From contig CP110440.1 in assembly GCA_026914245.1 (NCBI GenBank), forward strand, positions 2,604,001-2,668,000: a stretch of DNA of 64,000 bases, read 5' to 3'. This document shows positions 1 through 11,244 of the stretch, one piece after another (the first letter of the stretch is position 1; the number at the start of each line of letters is the position of its first letter). The notes beneath the pieces are model-generated. The model was not told where the DNA came from. It searched no databases and saw nothing but the letters and a program-made list of their open reading frames with translations. The DNA is from Puccinia triticina (Eukaryota). Made by a program: the position numbers and the translations under genes.

Positions 1-559
1 ACACATTTTTGTTTCTTAGCTGAGCATAGGCATTCTTGACCAAGGCTACTCTTCCAATGGGCCCAGTGGGCTTTGTGAGGGCCATGTGGGCCTCATTCAG
101 GCCCGTCCAAAACATCTCCCCAAAAATGTACCCCCTCATTTTTCATTCAGTTCAACCCATTTCACATTTTAGCAGAGCATGGGAATTCCAAACAAATACT
201 ACTTTTTCAATGGGCCTAACGGGCCTGTTAGGGGCCCATGCAGGCCTTGTGCAGGCCCGTCCAACAAATCAACCCAAAAATGTGCCCCATTGTTTTTTAC
301 TCAGTCTGACACATTTTTTTTTGGCTGAGCACGCTCAGTTTGCATTTTTTTTCAGTACAGAGTGATTTTTTTCAATGATTTTCCCAACCTCAAACTTTGA
401 GTATTTTTTTTGGGAAATTTAATTATCCTTGAAGTGTTAGCTCTTGACTGCGAAACCTGTTACAGGTTTTGTACACAGACTTTCACTTCAGTTCTCTTTC
501 CTCACTTATTTGAAAATTATCACATTATCTGAATCTACTCCACTTCATCCACTACCAGA

Positions 560-1450
560 TACCTGCCGGCCAGCAGGGTTACCCACCAGCAGATAGCAGG
601 TACCCGCAATTGGTTCTTAACTTTGTTTTGCCCAGCTCCAGCGGGTACCCGTTTTCCAACTCTATGCTGATATTACCATGTACGCGCATACATTTGGGTG
701 ACAAGCAGGTGCGGGTCTGGATTCCGGGATTCTGGGTGAAATCTAACGGATACCGGGTAATTGAAGTTTGAACCCAAACCCACCCACACCTGCCCCCGGA
801 TTCCTTTGGGTTGTCAACCTTGTCCAACTCCAGCCAACCTCGGCGACCAGAAGAGAATCCTTGTGGTTTCAGAGGCTGTGTAGACTCTGAAACCTGAAGA
901 GTTTCTTCTGGTCGCCAAGGCGGTATTACCTCTACAACCAGAGTGGATTCCTTCTTTTTGCCGAGGTTGTATCACCTCTGCGACCAGAAAGGATTCCTTT
1001 GGGTCCTCCGGGCTGTACAACCTTGGAAACCAGAAGGATACCCTCTTGTTTGCAGGGGTTGAAAACCCTTGGCCACAAGAAGGAAGCCTTCCTGGTCGTT
1101 GATGACATTCATTGTTCCCAACCAGAAGGAATACCTTCTGTGTGAAGAGGCTTTTATTTACTCTATGACCAGAAGAAACCCTTCTGGTCAAAGAGATTAT
1201 AAAGCCACATCAACCAGAAGGCATTCCTTCCGGTTTTCAAGGTGAATGACAAGATGCGGGTACCCGCGGGTATCTGCGCGGGTACCTTCCCAGGCCGCCA
1301 GGTACCCCCCAACAGGTGCGGGTGCAGGTGCAGTTATTGGGATTCAGAACTTCATCCAAAAGAGGTGGCGGGTAGCTGCACCCGCGCAGGTATGCGGGTG
1401 GAAAGTGGCCAGCTCCAGTACCCAACACCTCTTGCCGGCTACCTATCAAT
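560..1450. repeat. Degenerate GGGTACCCG-rich DNA-transposon-like remnant, interrupted at ~815-1250 by a second repeat built of CCAGAAG(G)A motifs
   Basis: Many GGGTACCCG/GCAGGTGCGGG motifs at 565-800 and 1255-1440, resembling the subterminal motifs of the hAT-like element at 46227-47380. No clear TSD. Confidence 0.4.
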
Positions 1451-1527
1451 CAATTGGCTCAAGCCTGCATTGATATATTCTACTTGATAATATTGGGATG
1501 CAGAATTTTCTGCATTTCATATCAAAA

Positions 1528-1627
1528 AGCTCTGAAAAAGAAATAAAGCTTGTTTCTGTGTTTTTTTGCTGGTATGTAGCTCTGCAAAAGAAATAAAGCT
1601 TGTTTCTATGTTTTTTTGCTGGTATGT
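1528..1627 (+). repeat. 50-bp tandem duplication
   Basis: AGCTCTG(A/C)AAAAGAAATAAAGCTTGTTTCT(G/A)TGTTTTTTTGCTGGTATGT occurs twice head-to-tail. Confidence 0.85.
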
Positions 1628-2474
1628 TTGAGCCTGAGGGAAAATATTAGCAAATTGGGGAAATATATTTTGTGCAGAAAAAGTGAATTTGGAAATTATT
1701 AGCCTGTTTTGCTACATTTCAACATAAAGTCAACATGATTTATTGATGAGTTTGCATTTAACAAAATCTGATTTCATTGAAATTTTGAAATAGAGTTCCC
1801 CTTAAATCATGAGAAGTTTTTAGAAAACATTGCATTGACTCCTGAATCACTTTCAACAAAATTACCAAAAGCTTGTGATTTGTTTCTGACAAAAATTCAG
1901 AATCATTTCCTAATGTACATCTGACTGACATCCAACCAAAACTCACATGAAATTCAGCTCTGGCACTCTCTGGAGAGTGGGAACATATCTCCCCTGGTGT
2001 AAAGAGTAATATTACTCGTGTAAAAATACCCCGTGAAAGTATTATGTAGACTTTTACTGAAGCTCTTTCACATGAAAATTGGTTATAAACATGTCATGTG
2101 ACAGAGTCAGGAAAATTGGTCTATTATAATCCAAGTTTATTAAAGACAGAGAAACACGGAAAGAAAGATCAAGGGTTCCCCCTACAAATCAACAAAATTA
2201 CAAAAAAAAATGCAAGGGTTCCCCCTTCCAAAAAAAAGCAAATCACAAAAAAAGTGTTCTTAACAAAAAATCTAAACACCACAAACTAGACCCACTATCC
2301 ATCCCTGTCTAGCAGGGTTTAAAATAGTGGGTGGATGGCCCCCAGCGCGCCGCATTGAAGGCATTATGCAAAGGGGGGCCAACGAGTTTAGCCCCTCAAA
2401 CTGCGCAAGTGCAACAGCGGAGGGGTGAGGGCGAACCGCACGCTGGAAGTACATACAGCGGCAGAGGACGCCCT

Positions 2475-5400
2475 TGTCGTATCAAAATATGGTCTTATTT
2501 TCATTTTTATATTTTCTCATGTTGTCACATTTATTTATACACATATTTCATATTTACATACTTTCTCATGGATTTATTTTTCCTCATCAACCAAACTATG
2601 TATTTACATACACTATATATATCTTCACTCATTCGAAATTATATGCCCCTTGGGGGAGTTTCTCTTTCTTCATCTCATTACTAGGATTCAGCGCTCTACA
2701 GGTTATGAGCCCGCGCTGTTACCAGCGGGGTTTTCTTGCTTACAAGCCTTAGATCTCCATCCTTCTGTGGAGAAGCTTTTCTTAGTTATCGCTTTTCACC
2801 CTTCTGTGAAAAACAAGCTTAAAACGTTATCGCGCTGTGTTTTCTAGTCTGATATCTGAATATCGGCATATCATCCTTCCGTGGTATCCGAATAGACTCT
2901 TACTTTTATGGTTAATACACGATCGCAACACCCTGATCTTGTGATTCCAAACTTTGCTGCTCGGGTAACACCTCCTCGTCGCCAACTTCCTTCCATTCCG
3001 GAGGAATCTTTCGACTCGAACCCTTTCATCTCTGCCAATTCATCCCTTTCTTCTTCTTCGTCCGATACGATGTCTCAAGAACAGTCCAACATTCCATTTC
3101 CCTCCTCATCCGACCAACCTCCGGCCCCAGTCGAGTCTGATCCGAAAGACCCCAAACCGGCTGAATCCCTCGATGCGATCCTTGCTCGTGAACTTGAAAA
3201 ATCGGGCTTGGGTAACATCGATGACAACCTGCTCAAAGTACTGCTGATTCGAAATCTCACCGCCAGTCACCAAACGATGGCGGCGGCTTCTAATTCCTTG
3301 GTAGCAAGCCAACTTCGATGGCATCAACTCGGGCAGGCGGTCAGCCCTCAGCTGGCGTTGGATGGAACCAATTTTCCTATGTGGTCATCGGCGATGATCA
3401 ACGCCGTCAAGAATGTGACTCAAAATCCAGACTTCTTCAAGACCGATACTTCGACAACCGACCCAACGACTTCCAACGGCGTCCTGGCGCTCATTCAACA
3501 TTCGATCGATCCAGCGCTGCGCCCTTCCCTCAACGGGTTGTCGGCGTATGGGGCCTACGATTCTCTTAAGGCGCGATTCGCAGGGACCTCCTGGTCTCTT
3601 CTCCTAAGCCGTTGGTCTGACATCGCACAGGCCCCAGATGCGTCGGACTCGGTATCGGCCAGCTATGAGGCTCTCAAGCGGAGCTGGCTTGATTTGGAGG
3701 AGAGACTGGGGGGCTTGACAGCAGATAAGTTGTTATCTCTGTCATTTCACTCATCCGTACGTCGATATCAGCAAACAATGGCTGATTCGATCGACTCACG
3801 GCTTGCCATCATGCCTGATCATGTGGTCACATCCGAGGCGATTCTTCATATGGCGACTCGCCTCCATCAATCGGCTACGGCGTCGGGATCGGCTTCGGCG
3901 ATGGCTATGTCGCAACAATCTGGTCGGGGATCTCAATCTGGATCGATGCGCGGAGGCAGAGGTCGTGGTGGATATCGAGGGTCTCGGGGTTCTTCTCGTC
4001 CCCAGGGACAACATGGTCAGCAGCCGTCGAATTCTAGTACTCCGCCCCCCGACAATTGGGCTAGACAGTATCTTACCGTCGAGTTCCCCTGTAATGTCTG
4101 CTGGGATTGGGGACACTGGGCTCCCGATTGCCCCCGAGTCAAAAACAATCTGCCTCCTCTTGAGGATCCGAGGAAGAAGAACCCTGCGTGGCGACCCAAG
4201 AAATCGAATGTTCTTTCTGGCCGCCTTGTCACTCAAACAGGTGAACTTGCCTCCATATCGGCCCCACCGGAAGATCCGGACGATCCTCTATGCGACACTG
4301 GTGCAACCCATCATGTAACGTCTCACCGGGCTTTCTTCACTAATCTCCGCCCTGCTAATTTACGATTGCGTGTCGCGTCTCAAGACCGCATTCCCGTAGA
4401 TGGCATTGGGGACGCGATTATTCCAACGCGATTTGGTGATCTTCATTTGAGGAATGTTTTATTGGTCCCGCGGGTGTCTGGCACGGTCATTTCAATCGGT
4501 TTTTTCGACAAATGGGATGGAACGGTTAAGTTTGAAGATGGTCGATTTACCCTTATTCAGCAAGGTTCTCAATTTCCCACCTACATCAGCAAGTACCGAT
4601 GGTTCATACCCTCTCCAACTTCCTCTGCTTCCATACACTCCTGTTACATTTCCCCTCAGCTCTGTTCTCTATCTGCTTCACATCTTTGGCATACACGTCT
4701 CGGTCACATTGCCGTCCGTTTTTTCAACCGCACGATCAACACTCAAAGCGTGTCCGGTATTCCTATGAAGAAACTGTCTCTTCCTAAATCAAAATGTCAT
4801 TCCTGTTCTCTTGCAAAAAGCACACATGATCCCGTTCAGTCTCCCTCACGAGAGATAGCCGATGCTCCTGGTGATATTGTCGCGGTTGATTTGGTGGGCC
4901 CGTTTCCTGAGGCCCTTGATGGCAGTACTTATGGACTTGTGGCCCATGACATCTACTCGCGCATGACTTCGGTAATTGGGTTGAAAAGCAAGGCGGCGGC
5001 TGGGAAGGCTGTTTCTGACTGGATATTGGATTTCAATCGTTTAACTCCTCATCGGGTGAAGACGATTCGGTCGGACAATGCGGGCGAGTTGACTTCAAAT
5101 AAGTTCAACAAATTCCTCAAGGACAACGACGTCGGTCATGAGTTAAGCATTCCTTACGAGCACCATCAAAATGGCGCGGTGGAGCGGACAAACCGAACTC
5201 TTCTCGACATGGCGAGGACATTCATAATACACGCTAAGTTGCCAAATTCTCTTTGGTTCCTGGCCATGAAGCAGGCGGCCTATATTTTCAACCGGGTTGT
5301 TCATGCAGGAGCTGACAAAACTCCTTACGAGTTGTCTTTGGGAAAACGGCCGTCGCTTGACATGGTTCGTGTCTTTGGATGCAGGGCTTATCTCCACGAC

Positions 5401-7807
5401 ATCAACTACCCCAAGCAGTTTGTCCCGAGGTCGACTCCCCTCATTCATGTTGGCGTCTTGGACGATTCTCACGGGTGGTTATTGTGGAATCCGACTTCGA
5501 AGAAACTCGAGCGCGGAGCTTCGGTCATTTTTCATGAAGATGATCTGCCCTCTCAACTCACTAACTCAGGATCGGTGAACGCTATCCTCAATTCGATACG
5601 GGTGGATCGTCTTGGGGACTTCAGTCAACTCCATGAGTTGGAGTGGCAAGATGCCTGCCTGGAGTCAGCCGTTTCAGAATCACCTTTTACTTCTGATGCG
5701 CCTTTTACGTACCACCAGGCGATTAATTCAACACTCCGAGCCGAATGGAAGGCAGCGATTGATGCTGAAGTGGGCATGATGGTTGATCTTCGAGTATGGG
5801 AGGAGGTGCCGGAGTCGGAGGCCCGAGATATCCTTACGTGCCGATGGGTCTTTGCTCTCAAGAGGACTCAGGAAGGCGACATTTCCAAATTCAAGGCGAG
5901 GATAGTGGCTCAGGGGTTCAAACAAATTCACGGTCGTAACTTTGGCGAGACCTTTGCGCCTACTCCAACTTTTCCGGCTTTGCGGATTTTACTGGCGATG
6001 GCATCTAGGCTTGGATGGCCTGTGGCTTCTTTTGACGTCAAGAGTGCTTTTTTGCACAGCAACATTGATCATGATGTATTTATTCGTCCTCCGCCAGGTG
6101 TCAAGGCCAAGCCGGGCTGTGTTCTGAAGTTGCGAAAGGCCCTCTACGGTACACGTCAAGCTGCTCGATGCTGGTGGCTTCATCTGAAGACGCAGCTGGC
6201 GAAAATCGGTTTCCACCCCACTCTCGAGGACCAATCCACATACGCCTATCGATCTGGTCAGGACATGGCGTATCTATGGGTACATGTCGACGACGGCTTG
6301 TTCACGGCGAGCTCGACTACTCTAATGGAGTCTTTGAAGTCCAGATTGTCATCTGTTCTCGACCTCAAATGGGATGAGTCCCTTTCCAGCATTGTAGGAC
6401 TACGTGTGCGGGAAGTAGAGGGCGGCTTCACTATTGACCAACCAATGCTAGTAGAGAAGATCCTCAATTTCCAACAGTCCGGAATTAAAACCCGTACTCC
6501 CATTGTATCGACAGACCTGCAGTCAAATCCGTCTGATGGGTCTATGAATATTGATTATCTTTCACGCATCGGGTGCCTTCTTTATCTTGCTGCGGGATCA
6601 CGCCCGGACATTACCTTTGCGGTTAATTTTCTTGCACGATTCTCGCTGGTACCGGACGCATCTCACTGGGCGGCTCTGGACCACCTCATCTCATACATTC
6701 GATACAGTGCCAACTTAGCTTTGCCGATCATCGCCTCCAAGCCTATGGATCACGGCATAGTCACCTTCGTCGACGCGAATTGGGGCGGCGAGGCTTCTCG
6801 ATCAGTGCACGGCTACATCTCCACTGTATGGGGAGCTCCGGTTTCGTGGGCGTCCAAACGACAGACGTGCGTAGCACGCTCCACCTGTCAGGCGGAGTAT
6901 ATGGCCTTATCTTTCGCCTCAAAGGACGCATGTGTCCTGTCTTCGATTCTTTCCCGATTCTTTGACTTGCCGCCACCGCTTTTGCTCTGCGACAACAAAG
7001 CCGCCGTTCAAATCAGTTCCGATTGCCGCACTCGAAAAGAACATCGCCATGTCGACCGAGAATTTCATGTTATCAATGAACTTCTATATCTCAAGAAGGT
7101 CCGACTCGAGTGGATTTCAACCGACAACCAACTGGCCGACATTTTCACCAAGGCTCTGGGTTGGCGAAAGGTGTCGGAATTCTTGAAGGATGTTGGATTG
7201 TTTTTGCAATCTAAAACTTTGGCAAGTAAAGGGGGGGAAGTATGCGCTGGCTGCGATGAACATGCACCCCCCGCATCTGTTCGTCTCTCTCCGACATCCA
7301 AAAGCCATAGTGGCGGTTGATTGGTTCATCAGAAGCTAACCATACTCAATTTATGTTGCACAGACCGCGACGGTTGGATTGTATCAATTGTGTCTATTTC
7401 TTCCTACATCTCTCTTCATTTTCTTATTGTCCTGGTTGTTTTCTCTTCCTTCTCAATTCTTTTGTTATTTCTTTCATACTTATTTCAATTCTTTTATATT
7501 TTGCCACGTGTTCACTTATCATCTTTCTTTTTGTTCTTTCTTTTCTTTGTTCTTTTGTTTTGTGGTTGATGAGGGGGGGAGTGTCGTATCAAAATATGGT
7601 CTTATTTTCATTTTTATATTTTCTCATGTTGTCACATTTATTTATACACATATTTCATATTTACATACTTTCTCATGGATTTATTTTTACTCATCAACCA
7701 AACTATGTATTTACATACACTATATATATCTTCACTCATTCGAAATTATATGCCCCTTGGGGGAGTTTCTCTTTCTTCATCTCATTACTAGGATTCAGCG
7801 CTCTACA
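2475..7807 (+). mobile_element. Full-length Ty1/Copia LTR retrotransposon (Copia-1)
   Basis: 226-bp LTRs 2475-2700 and 7582-7807 (TG...CA, one mismatch seen); TSD GCCCT (2470-2474, 7808-7812); PBS GGTTATGAGCCC at 2701; PPT GAGGGGGGGAG at 7571-7581. Confidence 0.97.
2908..7320 (+). CDS. Copia Gag-Pol polyprotein, 1470 aa, uninterrupted
   Basis: Zn knuckle CNVCWDWGHWAPDC, protease LCDTGATHH, LWHTRLGH, integrase (VDLVGP...SDNAGE...NGAVER), RT (FDVKSAFL, WVHVDD), RNase H (QLADIFTKAL), in Copia order. Confidence 0.97.
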   Translation: MVNTRSQHPDLVIPNFAARVTPPRRQLPSIPEESFDSNPFISANSSLSSSSSDTMSQEQSNIPFPSSSDQPPAPVESDPKDPKPAESLDAILARELEKSGLGNIDDNLLKVLLIRNLTASHQTMAAASNSLVASQLRWHQLGQAVSPQLALDGTNFPMWSSAMINAVKNVTQNPDFFKTDTSTTDPTTSNGVLALIQHSIDPALRPSLNGLSAYGAYDSLKARFAGTSWSLLLSRWSDIAQAPDASDSVSASYEALKRSWLDLEERLGGLTADKLLSLSFHSSVRRYQQTMADSIDSRLAIMPDHVVTSEAILHMATRLHQSATASGSASAMAMSQQSGRGSQSGSMRGGRGRGGYRGSRGSSRPQGQHGQQPSNSSTPPPDNWARQYLTVEFPCNVCWDWGHWAPDCPRVKNNLPPLEDPRKKNPAWRPKKSNVLSGRLVTQTGELASISAPPEDPDDPLCDTGATHHVTSHRAFFTNLRPANLRLRVASQDRIPVDGIGDAIIPTRFGDLHLRNVLLVPRVSGTVISIGFFDKWDGTVKFEDGRFTLIQQGSQFPTYISKYRWFIPSPTSSASIHSCYISPQLCSLSASHLWHTRLGHIAVRFFNRTINTQSVSGIPMKKLSLPKSKCHSCSLAKSTHDPVQSPSREIADAPGDIVAVDLVGPFPEALDGSTYGLVAHDIYSRMTSVIGLKSKAAAGKAVSDWILDFNRLTPHRVKTIRSDNAGELTSNKFNKFLKDNDVGHELSIPYEHHQNGAVERTNRTLLDMARTFIIHAKLPNSLWFLAMKQAAYIFNRVVHAGADKTPYELSLGKRPSLDMVRVFGCRAYLHDINYPKQFVPRSTPLIHVGVLDDSHGWLLWNPTSKKLERGASVIFHEDDLPSQLTNSGSVNAILNSIRVDRLGDFSQLHELEWQDACLESAVSESPFTSDAPFTYHQAINSTLRAEWKAAIDAEVGMMVDLRVWEEVPESEARDILTCRWVFALKRTQEGDISKFKARIVAQGFKQIHGRNFGETFAPTPTFPALRILLAMASRLGWPVASFDVKSAFLHSNIDHDVFIRPPPGVKAKPGCVLKLRKALYGTRQAARCWWLHLKTQLAKIGFHPTLEDQSTYAYRSGQDMAYLWVHVDDGLFTASSTTLMESLKSRLSSVLDLKWDESLSSIVGLRVREVEGGFTIDQPMLVEKILNFQQSGIKTRTPIVSTDLQSNPSDGSMNIDYLSRIGCLLYLAAGSRPDITFAVNFLARFSLVPDASHWAALDHLISYIRYSANLALPIIASKPMDHGIVTFVDANWGGEASRSVHGYISTVWGAPVSWASKRQTCVARSTCQAEYMALSFASKDACVLSSILSRFFDLPPPLLLCDNKAAVQISSDCRTRKEHRHVDREFHVINELLYLKKVRLEWISTDNQLADIFTKALGWRKVSEFLKDVGLFLQSKTLASKGGEVCAGCDEHAPPASVRLSPTSKSHSGG

Positions 7808-7969
7808 GCCCTGGGGGACACAAAGACACAACCCGGAGTCCTCTTTTATAGACAATCGGGAATTGCCCTCAGCAAAATTGACGCCACATTCATCAAGCCA
7901 TGACTACCACGCCACCGCCACGCCCCTGCATGTAACGCTGACCTCCGCGGCGGTGCCTGGACCGGCGAG

Positions 7970-9505
7970 GCGTTGTCAACAAGAACAGTATACACTCCGA
8001 CTCGGACAATCTGCTCGTCCAGGAGGGCGACATCCAGGTCGGGATGAGCGGCAATTGGTCCGTCTCCCGTTCTCCCTGCCCCCCGCGCATGACTGATTGA
8101 GTGTTTTGGGATAGGTTGATTCGAGGCGTCGGACTCCGACCTCCCGTTCGCGTTCTACCGGGCCTACCATCGCCAGCTGGCGACCTACCTGCGTCCGCAG
8201 GCGCGGCCGGTGGTGCACCCGTCGACGCTGATCTCGATGCCGGGCTTCCTGCTGGTCTCGGCGTCCTTCCTGGACAAGTGCGACTCGCTGGTGCACCGCA
8301 GCCTGCGCTCGGTCACCACGCTGGGCCCGACGACGAGCAGCTTCAATGCGGGCGAGTCGGCCAACCTGGCGATGGGCGCCAAGCCCAAGGTGCTCGAGCT
8401 CGCCCACCGTCGGCTGGTCTCCACCGCCCTCGACATCGTCGGCGGCTCGCCCAGGCCTCCCTCCTCCTCCTCCTGCTGCTCCTGGGGGGAGGAGGGAGGC
8501 CTGGGCGAGCCGCCGACGATGTCGAGGGCGGTGGAGACCAGCCGACGGTGGGCGAGCTCGAGCACCTTGGGCTTGGCGCCCATCGCCAGGTTGGCCGACT
8601 CGCCCGCATTGAAGCTGCTCGTCGTCGGGCCCAGCGTGGTGACCGAGCGCAGGCTGCGGTGCACCAGCGAGTACCTGGCGATGGGCGCCAAGCCCAAGGT
8701 GCTCGAGCTCGCCCACCGTCGGCTGGTCTCCACCGCCCTCGACATCGTCGGCGGCTCGCCCAGGCCTCCCTCCTCCCCCCAGGAGCAGCAGGAGGAGGAG
8801 GAGGGAGAACTGGACGACAGCGCGCGCCGGCGCCAGTTCTTCGGCGGCCTGCTCAGCCTCTGGATCCGCGCCATCACCAAACGCACCTCCATGTGGAACA
8901 CCCGCTCCGTCTTCCTCCTCCTCGACTTCCTCGACGGCCTCTTCTACACCGTCCTCTACACCGCCCCCGCCCCCCCGCTCCTCCTCAACGACCTCCCCAG
9001 CCCCCCCGTCCTCGTCCGACCCTCCCTCGCCCTCTTCAACCTCCCCTTCATCCTCGACGTCCTCGCAGGATCCTCCTCACCGCCGACAACACCGTCTGCG
9101 TCATGCGCACCATCGCCTTCATTTACTCCCAGTTCGAGGCGTGCGTCTCCCCCTTCTCTCTCTCTTTCTTGTAACTGACAAGGGGGTTTCTTGGGATAGG
9201 TTGACGACGCAGCCGGAGACGCTGAAAGCGCTATGTCTCGACCTGCTGCTCGACCCGCTCGTCTTCCAGCACCTCTTCCTGCACTGGAACTCGGGCGTCC
9301 GCGGCTACTACATGCGGCTGCTCGTCTGGCGCCTCAGCCGGCTCAACGCCGCCGCCGCCGGGCCCAGGACCCCCAAGGCTAGGGACGTCGTCAAGATCAT
9401 CCTCGCCTTCAATGCCCGTCTCGACGCTATCCGCAAACGCCACGATCAGCTCTCGCCCGTCTCCGAGTTCTTGGGCTCTCAGGAAGAAGAAGACTGGCGT
9501 CGTCG
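7970..9505 (+). pseudogene. DUF1765-family (UPF0592/YDL073W-like) gene fragment, frameshifted and rearranged
   Basis: Motifs GNW..SDSDLPFAFYRAYH, LFNLPFILDVL, RILLTADNTVCVMRTIAFIYSQF and FQHLFLHWNSGVRGYYMRLLVWRL; introns 8058-8114 and 9141-9199; frameshifts near 8125 and 9066; 5' part of gene not found. Confidence 0.75.
8283..8808. repeat. Direct-inverted-direct triplication (~390-bp quasi-palindrome)
   Basis: 8283-8467 is the reverse complement of 8488-8672; 8364-8467 is repeated directly from 8673. Confidence 0.93.
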
Positions 9506-10098
9506 GCGTGCGTCTTTCCCCCATATTGTTCTTTCCATCAAAGTGAGGGAATGTTATAGATGTAACTAGAAAAATCTTCTTAGTTTCTTAAAATATTTCA
9601 GTATCTTGATAGCCAAATTTCCTCAACCTGAACCTTTCAAGTTGAGCGTGATTTCTTGGATCACAAACCTGCACCAAAATGTCAGTAAGTCGTACTAACA
9701 CCGCGACTGGTATAACAACATCAATGCTTGTGTAGGCTAGCCCTATAGTCAGACTCAAAGCATGCCTTGTCCCAACACTTCCATTGGCAAATGGTCCGTT
9801 ATACTCTCACTGATACTACTGATAACCAGGACAAGATCTAGCTTCTGCCAAACCCCAAGTATCCAACCTGAACACATACAGGAGACCTGCAATTGCAAAT
9901 TTCCCCAGCTCAATCAAGGTATCTGCTTGTCCTCAAGGCGGGGGTTTTACGACTCGGTGTCAGTTCCCTGTTTCAAAGCCCCCACAAGTAAAAATATCAT
10001 AACCTACCACAGAGACCCTGATACTGGCTTCCATGGGCTTCCTTCTCCCCTCCCTGGCACCTCCAAACATCAACCAAGGGGGGGGGGGGGTAGGACTC

Positions 10099-10285
10099 AA
10101 CAAATACAACACATGGAGTGTATTTGGTAAACGTTTTTCATTGAAGATGCAGACCTACAGGTCCCATTTTTTTTGTTTTTAGCTATTATTGTGTATATGA
10201 TGGCTGAAAACAAAAAATAGGACATGTAGGTCTCCATCTTCAAGAATAAACATTTACCAGAGACACTCCATGTCTTGTATTTGTT
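10099..10285. repeat. Small foldback/MITE-like element
   Basis: AACAAATACAACACATGGAGTGT...GACCTACAGGTCC is imperfectly inverted in GGACATGTAGGTC...ACACTCCATGTCTTGTATTTGTT. Confidence 0.7.
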
Positions 10286-10757
10286 TCAGCATTGGGAGGA
10301 GGAAGGGTACTCATTGTTGGGGCCGCTGCATAGGTTCCTGGCCGCCACACCAAACTTACTAAGCATCCATGTGCCCTCCCCAGCATTTTCCCAACCTGCC
10401 CAAGTACCCATTGATTCTATTGGCCTTTGCTGTTGTTGGAAACAAATTCCCAATGCTGATCAGTGCTGTCCCCTCTATGGTGAACCTTGTGTATTGATCT
10501 AAATAACAATTAAAGAAATGTACATTTTAGCCAATGTTTCCCCCCCCCCCCCTTAAAAGGTTGGGCAATGGATGCAGTATCATTCAGATGGGTCTGCTTC
10601 CTGTAATCTGCAAAATCAGAATATCATATCATCCTCTGTGGGTCACACAATCTATGTAGGCTCAAGCTGATCCAATTATGAGATCTGTGGGGTTCTTGGT
10701 CTTGTTTTATACATAAACTTATTCAAGTTGTTGAGTGTGTTGTACAATTTACCACTA

Positions 10758-10955
10758 GGGGTGTTCAAAGTTGACTGCATAAAATTATAACACCATAAAT
10801 TCATAAAATTTTAATCTGAAAAAAATGTGTAACACCCAATCACTCAAAAAAGAGCAACAATTCTAAAATGGTACATAAAAAATGATCACTCAAAAGTGTT
10901 ATGATTTTATGATTTTATGATTTGAAAAAAATATGATTTCAACTTTGAACACCCT
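10758..10955. mobile_element. MITE, family A
   Basis: TIR GGGTGTTCAAAGTTGA / TCAACTTTGAACACCC, flanked by TA, with internal ATAAAATT/ATTTTATG repeats; related copies at 40294 and 40514. Confidence 0.8.
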
Positions 10956-11244
10956 TACTGTAAATATTTTCAAAGCCAGTCTTTTTTGCCCAACAGAAAC
11001 ATTAACCTGGGTGATTACATATGTATCACCTCAAGAAATGTGTACATTCAGCATTCAAAAACATGGTCGCATAAAATACCACCGCTGAGTAAAAAAACCA
11101 TTGCTGCTGAGTGAAAAGCTACTGTTGCTGACTAAACAAAGTGGGGCTGGGCATGTGGGCTCTGCAGCGGCACAGCCGCCTTGGCCTCTAGTACAAATAA
11201 ATTGCCCACAGCCAAGCCTTGTTCACGTGTACACCTCAGGATAC

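Noticed and set aside
1..360. GGGCC-rich degenerate ~150-bp repeat at the window edge
   Set aside because: Truncated by the window; cannot be classified
7976..9174. Multiple long overlapping ORFs on both strands
   Set aside because: Explained by high GC and the palindromic rearrangement of one DUF1765 frame
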